From IMG/VR virus record IMGVR_UViG_3300043434_000734, positions 149,707 to 213,706 of that record: DNA of 64,000 nucleotides; one strand, given 5' to 3'. Shown here in pieces: positions 58,869 through 64,000 of the stretch. Numbering within the stretch: position 1 is the stretch's first letter; the number at the start of each line of letters is the position of its first letter. Made by a program: the position numbers and the translations under genes. This stretch comes from a virus. Lineage: Duplodnaviria > Caudoviricetes. The notes below the pieces were generated by a model that saw only the letters and a program-made list of their open reading frames with translations, was not told where the DNA came from and did not search any database.

Positions 58869-59504
58869 ATGAAAACAATCACACTTTCTAATGAAGTAAT
58901 GGTATCGGACCCTTGTTACACTGTCGGTACCTGGTGTCAACACAAGTTGACCAATGTATTACCTGGTGAGTATCAAACCAAGGTAATGAAGTTTCAGGAC
59001 CCTATGTGGGGTAACCGATGTTCATTCATCATTGCTGTCCACAAGGATTATAACACAGATGAGAAGCTCAATTGGAGAAAGGTGGTGGCGGATATTGGTG
59101 TGGACTCAGGTCAGGCTGGTTTCTTCAGTATGGATAGTTACCGAAAGGATGAGGTGTTCGTAACAGGTATATCTGAACATTCCAAGAGATATGGTCAATA
59201 CTCCAAGAAAGAACAAGAAGGTGAGGAATGGTATGGTCACATATGTGATTTAACTGATAACTCCGAACGTTGGGGTACCTATTCAAATGGTATTGTTTCT
59301 TCTTCAGGTATCGGGGACGGATCATACGAACTTCGTGTGGCAAAACACAAGGGTAAGATTGTGGGTATACTACTTGACTTCTTTATGGAGAAGTTGACAG
59401 GACCTGTGATTGAGTCTATGAGAACCTCTGAGATGTTGGGGGACGTATGTGGAATCTGTGGGGAAGATAATGTAGATGGTGTATCTTGTAACTGTAAAAA
59501 CTAA
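58869..59504 (+). CDS. DUF4241-like protein
   Basis: VSDPCY, GVDSGQAGFF, SSGIGDGSY. Confidence 0.7.
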   Translation: MKTITLSNEVMVSDPCYTVGTWCQHKLTNVLPGEYQTKVMKFQDPMWGNRCSFIIAVHKDYNTDEKLNWRKVVADIGVDSGQAGFFSMDSYRKDEVFVTGISEHSKRYGQYSKKEQEGEEWYGHICDLTDNSERWGTYSNGIVSSSGIGDGSYELRVAKHKGKIVGILLDFFMEKLTGPVIESMRTSEMLGDVCGICGEDNVDGVSCNCKN

Positions 59505-59509
59505 CTATA

Positions 59510-59644
59510 ATGAAAAAAATTCTAACGGACCTTGAGTGGTTCATCGACTTCTACCTGATGATCCTGTTGTATAATCCAAACAAGGTACATCGGTACGATG
59601 CTTGGATGACCAAGAAGTGGGGGACAAGATACACAGGAAAATAA
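59510..59644 (+). CDS. 44-aa protein not in the ORF track
   Basis: MKKILTDLEWFIDFYLMILLYNPNK... Confidence 0.55.
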   Translation: MKKILTDLEWFIDFYLMILLYNPNKVHRYDAWMTKKWGTRYTGK

Positions 59645-59768
59645 CTACGATCCACAGAGGATCAGCTCTTTGATATCGTCTGGCAACGACACGTAAAAAA
59701 TATTGGGTATAATTTTTTATTACGAATATTGTTTGTTATATTTTAAATGTAACTTAAATAAATTCATT

Positions 59769-59948
59769 ATGAAAAAAACTACCAACACAGGAACAAGATC
59801 AACTTATACTCCTGTATCCAACAATGTTTACCACGATGGTTATTCTTATCGTGTACGTGTATCAATCAATGGTGAGAAGATCAGCAAGAACTTTTCTAAC
59901 AAGAGAAAGGCAATTGTATATCGTAACTCTTTATTGAAGTCAGCATAG
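59769..59948 (+). CDS. small AP2/Arm-like DNA-binding protein
   Basis: YRVRVSINGEKISKNF...KAIVYRN. Confidence 0.55.
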   Translation: MKKTTNTGTRSTYTPVSNNVYHDGYSYRVRVSINGEKISKNFSNKRKAIVYRNSLLKSA

Positions 59949-60119
59949 GACAATATTCTATTTGGACACTTGAGACCCTCACAGTGTGAGGGTTTTTTGT
60001 TTCCCACCTGAAGTACTCAGATGATCTGATCAGGATCAGGACTCCAATATTGTCTGGCAAGATATCACCACCCGACGGGATCACACTGTAACATATTGTG
60101 TAGCATAATATTTATTACT

Positions 60120-61019
60120 ATGAAGATATTGAAAGTACTTAAGGAACAGGAAGAGACTAACCCAAACCTACAGACCATCGACGGTGGAACCTTTGGGTTT
60201 ATGAAGGAGTCATTGGATAAGATTCAAAAGGAGTTAGATGAGACCAAATCGAGGATTTCCTACGAGCTGTTCGACTCACCTGACGGAACCTACAGATGTC
60301 ACACTCAATTCAATGTTACGAGATCATCTGAGACGGAGCTGAAGTTGTCTGGCAAGATATACCTAATCTTAAAAGAACCAACCATTCCGTTGGACTTCCT
60401 ATCAGTATCAGCCAAGTGGTTGTTAAATAAAATAAATGAATTATGTCCTGACGTATTTAATACGGTAAAGGATGGTAGATATCAAGAAGGATCTATTACC
60501 TTTAACTTCCACGACGTCTTCATATCATATAACGATTCCTTCTTAGGTCTATACGATTATATGGAACGTGCGTATTACAATACTAACGTGGTTAACCTAA
60601 TCCCAATAGAAGAGTTAATGAATGACAGATCCATTGATTTCAACTATCAACTCGAACCATCTCAGGTCCCAACCTTCAGTGACGATTATTCTCTGGCAAT
60701 AGAAAGAATAATAAAGAAAGTCAAATCAGTATATAAGGGATTCCGTAAGGGAACATTCAAGGGACACGAATATGAGTATAAAGAAAACCCTCCAAGAATA
60801 TCTATCCATCCTAGAGACGATGACTACAACCCACAAACCAAAGTAATACATCCGAAGTTCAGAGTTCAGATTAATGGTGGTTATGTATGGTTAGACGGTA
60901 AACCCACCAGTGAGTTTGGTGCTTTACCCGAAAATAGATTCACGGACACCCTCGTCATTAAACAGTTCGACGAATATATTAAAGCCCGTTTCGAACAGTT
61001 CGGTATTAAGATTCTATAA
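60120..61019 (+). CDS. hypothetical protein
   Basis: ATG 60120; N-terminal VLKEQEE. Confidence 0.75.
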   Translation: MKILKVLKEQEETNPNLQTIDGGTFGFMKESLDKIQKELDETKSRISYELFDSPDGTYRCHTQFNVTRSSETELKLSGKIYLILKEPTIPLDFLSVSAKWLLNKINELCPDVFNTVKDGRYQEGSITFNFHDVFISYNDSFLGLYDYMERAYYNTNVVNLIPIEELMNDRSIDFNYQLEPSQVPTFSDDYSLAIERIIKKVKSVYKGFRKGTFKGHEYEYKENPPRISIHPRDDDYNPQTKVIHPKFRVQINGGYVWLDGKPTSEFGALPENRFTDTLVIKQFDEYIKARFEQFGIKIL

Positions 61020-61960
61020 TAGATGTTGTAACAACTAAATATTGTCTGGCAAGTGTATTACGGGGGACCTTCGGTCCCCCTTCATCCCGTACTAATTGTA
61101 CTATACTAAGAACCCTTCGGAAAATCCCTAAGGGTTTTTTTAATTTCCGTTGTACTATTCTAAGATGTATGACACCTGAAGGTCCTCCCGACAGGGAGGA
61201 CCGTAAGAATGTATTACGTTCATATGTGGATAACTTGTGAACCTATAACGTACTTTATGTTAAATAGATATGACAGGATGACAATCGGGTTTCTTGCCAG
61301 ACGACTTGTATGACGTTTGTTTAAGGTTTTTAGTAAAAGGTTAAACAGACCCTTGCCAGACAATATTGTATTACACGGGAAACTTTAACGGGTGTAATTA
61401 GTTTCCTGCGGGGGACCTTACTCCCTCCCTTCGGTCGGTCGGTCTCCGACAGGTCCCCCTTCAGGTTCCACGTGGAACAAATGTACCGAAGGTCAGGAGG
61501 AACGACTGTATGACATATAGTATATCGTATAATAGTGGGTCGAGTATACTGAAGGGACGACCGAAGTGAAACGCAGGGAGTCCCGTATAAGGGTATTATA
61601 TGTATACATTTTTCAAATTTTCCAGATAGTGGGTCTTAATTCACGCAAGGGTCAATCCCCCGGTACTTCCAACGTATATAAGAAAATATATAAATGTTCC
61701 GATATTATATATCCAGTGGGAAAAAGTGGGTAAAAATTACCCATTATATAGTGGATTATTGATCACGATAAAAGTTACCGAAAAAATACACGTTTTTAAG
61801 GGTAAAAACAGGAAAAAATACGGTGTTTTTTTAGGGGGAATTTAATGGGGATATTGTACCTTGTAGATAGGTTTTATTCGGGGGTAAGTAGTCGGTGTCG
61901 AAGACCCGATGGAACAAAGTGTAGTCGGTCGGGAGACGATGTCTCCCTCCCTTCAGGGAA
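61020..61960. other. long non-coding region rich in hairpins and repeats
   Basis: GGGGGAC-CTTCG-GTCCCCC, GGTCCTCCC-GACA-GGGAGGACC, GGGAGAC-GAT-GTCTCCC, DnaA box at 61225, box copies, A-tracts. Confidence 0.8.
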
Positions 61961-61977
61961 TGTGCAGGATAATATAC

Positions 61978-62184
61978 CTATGGATATCTCTCCCTTAGTT
62001 CATTCCATTGTGGGTGATCCGTACTAATGGTAATCCTAAACACATCACCATCATCATATCCAAATGTGATATCTCTGTATGGTTCAAAACTTTCGGGACT
62101 AAACATAAGGGGATATACATTTTCTATCTCCATTCCTGCAAAGAGTGGGGGAGTATTATCCCTTAGGAACTTAAAGTCTTTCAT
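61978..62184 (-). CDS. hypothetical protein
   Basis: 68-aa ORF coupled to the upstream gene. Confidence 0.55.
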   Translation of the reverse strand: MKDFKFLRDNTPPLFAGMEIENVYPLMFSPESFEPYRDITFGYDDGDVFRITISTDHPQWNELRERYP

Positions 62185-62185
62185 C

Positions 62186-63292
62186 TTATAATCTATCCAT
62201 TATAAATTTCTCAATCATATTCTCTTTAACTGTATACGGTATTCTTATTAGATGATATCCTTTATCCTTACAGTACTTGTTTTTTATCTTATCATTCCTC
62301 TGTATCCTATCGAATGATTCCCTACCAAAATGTTTAACCATTTCATAATGTTGTATACCATCATATTCTATTAGGGTATTGTGATTTGGTAAATAGAAAT
62401 CGAATTTAAGTTTAAGTCTTGTTCCTCTACAATCATCAAATGACTTTTGTGGTATATATTCAATTTCATTAGATTGTAGTATATTTGATATTAAATCCTC
62501 GTTCTTTGAAAAACTACATATAGGACATCCACTCTTCTTTGATGTATGGTTATTGGGAATAACATTAAAATCTCCGTGTTTTAGACAAGTAATTATCACG
62601 TAGGTTTGATTATTGATATATTCTACTTTATCGTATATATATCTATCTCCGTGGATTTTCCTTGCTTTATCTACGAATATATCTTTATGGGAAAAATGTT
62701 CCCTCATCTTATCATTACTACATTTTATACATCCTTGACCACATAAGTGTTCTCTACTTACTTTTTCATATTCCCCGTGAATTGGACATATGATAGTTAC
62801 CTTGGTGTCTGAATTGATATATACTACTTTACTGTAATCGTATTTGTTATTGAATATAAGGTTGGACCTTCTTATAAACTCATCATTGGTCATTCTGGCC
62901 TTATTACCCCATTCAATATCTGTACACTTCCTACAATTATCTCCATTTAAATGTTGGTATGGTCTTTGTCGATATTCCCCGTGAATTGGACATATGAACG
63001 TAACCTTGGTTGATTGATTGGTGAATACAACCTTATCATAGTTATATCTGTCTTTGTGGACCTCCCTTGCTCGTCGAATAAATTCCTCTTGGGTCATTCC
63101 ATTCTTTATACCTATTTGTATTTTAGAACATTCCTTACATCCGTGACCCTTCTTATGATTAGAATATGATTGATTAAACTCCCCGTGGATTCGACACCTA
63201 ATCCTTAACTTCGTTTTGCTATTGATGTATATCGTATCAGTATAGTCATATCTATCCCCGTGAACTTGTTTTAAATATTCGACCCTATCCAT
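62186..63292 (-). CDS. homing-endonuclease-like protein: four Cys/His repeats plus C-terminal PD-(D/E)xK (Vsr-like) domain
   Basis: 4x Y.Y.KV.Y.N..TKV.I.CP.HG...H..G..C..C; FDFYLP...IEYDGIQH...D..K...LIRIPY. Confidence 0.82.
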   Translation of the reverse strand: MDRVEYLKQVHGDRYDYTDTIYINSKTKLRIRCRIHGEFNQSYSNHKKGHGCKECSKIQIGIKNGMTQEEFIRRAREVHKDRYNYDKVVFTNQSTKVTFICPIHGEYRQRPYQHLNGDNCRKCTDIEWGNKARMTNDEFIRRSNLIFNNKYDYSKVVYINSDTKVTIICPIHGEYEKVSREHLCGQGCIKCSNDKMREHFSHKDIFVDKARKIHGDRYIYDKVEYINNQTYVIITCLKHGDFNVIPNNHTSKKSGCPICSFSKNEDLISNILQSNEIEYIPQKSFDDCRGTRLKLKFDFYLPNHNTLIEYDGIQHYEMVKHFGRESFDRIQRNDKIKNKYCKDKGYHLIRIPYTVKENMIEKFIMDRL

Positions 63293-63413
63293 ATTTTATT
63301 CCTTAATAATAAAATATAAATAATATACCCGATAATAACAAATCACATATTGATTATTCCCCCGAAAATAGACCTCGGGCACCGGTATCGGAATCGTTTT
63401 CCCCGCCGCCCCA

Positions 63414-63752
63414 TTAGGATAGATTCTTTATAATAATGGGTTCATCACAGTGGGGACAATCCTTTAAAACGAGGAGATTATTCATATGGAAACTCCATCT
63501 ACTTACCATAGGGATTTCATTTATATGTAGTTTTCTGTAACCATCCAAACATTCTACTTCACCATATACATCATAGAACTTTCCTTTGTATCTGGTTATG
63601 ATATGGTCATTTGTTCCATTGATATATGGGGTACAACCTTTATACATCTTGGATAATAGGATATGAAACTTATAACATCCTCCTTTGGTATAGATGTGAT
63701 GTATGTACATATCCGTATTCCTTAATTCCTCTATGAACTCTTTGATATTCAT
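63414..63752 (-). CDS. hypothetical protein
   Basis: YTKGGCYKF...HIIT...FYDVYG. Confidence 0.75.
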   Translation of the reverse strand: MNIKEFIEELRNTDMYIHHIYTKGGCYKFHILLSKMYKGCTPYINGTNDHIITRYKGKFYDVYGEVECLDGYRKLHINEIPMVSRWSFHMNNLLVLKDCPHCDEPIIIKNLS

Positions 63753-63759
63753 ATCTTAT

Positions 63760-63999
63760 TCATCGGTTTATATAATCTTCCCTGTTACTCCAACCCGTCA
63801 TCCAATGTTCACGTTCTATTGTTCTAATATCATATGGACATTGACCTGGTGGATGATTATTCATATGTGCTTCCCAACCTTCATATTCTTCATTTGCAAT
63901 AGAAACATAAACCATCTCCACAGGAATATGTTCAATACTTCTTGCAATCATTTGAACCTCTATAGATACCGTCTCTATATTCACTTCAGGTAATGTGCC
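63760..63999 (-). CDS. hypothetical protein, possibly 5'-truncated
   Basis: Frame stays open to the window edge. Confidence 0.6.
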   Translation of the reverse strand, partial: GTLPEVNIETVSIEVQMIARSIEHIPVEMVYVSIANEEYEGWEAHMNNHPPGQCPYDIRTIEREHWMTGWSNREDYINR

Positions 64000-64000
64000 T

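Larger units (their letters stand above)
43900..59999 (+). terminator. series of intrinsic terminators closing the cassettes
   Basis: GC hairpin plus T-run near 43900,44832,45283,46110,47203,48066,49120,49728,50120,51155,51567,52133,53180,53782,54308,56804,59973. Confidence 0.88.
44038..61233 (-). promoter_or_regulatory. four perfect DnaA boxes, same orientation
   Basis: TGTGGATAA (reverse complement TTATCCACA) at 44038, 45356, 48234, 61225. Confidence 0.6.
43453..61363. repeat. dispersed TTGTNTGGCA box family, 33 exact copies
   Basis: Forward: 43978,44016,44892,44966,46179,46225,47270,47310,48130,48182,49193,49795,50180,50221,51224,51638,53270,53851,54373,56934,58371,60050,60345,61042. Reverse: 43453,44098,45418,51650,53298,53863,54385,56946,61354. 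Confidence 0.95.
5401..63322. promoter_or_regulatory. TATTTAT(A/T) motif close upstream of many start codons (candidate late promoter)
   Basis: Coding-strand TATTTATA at 5401,10927,11385,19269,22804,23458,27438,30683,36341,39254,39703,39891,41263,63315. Confidence 0.7.

Noticed and set aside
43978-61051. TGGCA boxes as sigma-54 promoters
   Set aside because: No consistent TTGC at the -12 spacing, and each gene already has a TAnnTTTG promoter
43453-61363. CRISPR array or integron interpretation of the repeats
   Set aside because: Boxes are short, irregularly spaced and separated by whole genes; no cas genes, attC cores or integrase in the window
61845-62027. 60-aa ORF (+)
   Set aside because: Overlaps repeat hairpins and an opposite-strand ORF; no promoter seen
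4812-63993. Short antisense or nested ORFs in the track (e.g. 9137, 9488, 10141, 18719, 23493, 30283, 33908, 52887, 57091, 63703)
   Set aside because: Shadow frames of well-supported genes
1-64000. Stop-codon reassignment
   Set aside because: Long recognisable genes are intact in code 11, TAG and TGA end genes at expected positions, and no suppressor tRNA was seen

Overview
AT-rich segment of a large lytic tailed phage. Evidence for a Bacteroidota host: about 20 TTTG-N19-21-TAnnTTTG promoters, A/C-rich leaders without Shine-Dalgarno sequences, and a 13-nt match to the Bacteroidota-type 16S rRNA 3' end. The standard genetic code fits. 1-8 kb is an RNA-rich block: five complete canonical tRNAs and one partial, a 150-nt Asp-identity tRNA-like gene with an 80-nt extra arm, a ~800-nt GOLLD-like RNA, a tmRNA, and a candidate small RNA complementary to the anti-SD. 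8-43 kb mixes a glycan synthesis/modification set (glf, GT11, GT25, GT4-like, GT60-like, hldE kinase, hldD, SGNH-like domains), lysis-type enzymes (GH19, GH24, lipase 3), and many genes preceded by TATTTAT(A/T) whose products share an N-terminal (I/L)TExQL leader. 43.4-61.4 kb is the most unusual part: an all-plus-strand array of about 37 small early-type genes in repeated cassettes. Each cassette runs terminator, GATC/palindrome-rich spacer with TTGTNTGGCA boxes (33 exact copies found by eye, all in this interval), often TTAACA-N5-TTAACA, then a host-type promoter. Both ends of the array are structured non-coding regions. All family calls come from motif recognition by eye; no database search was run.
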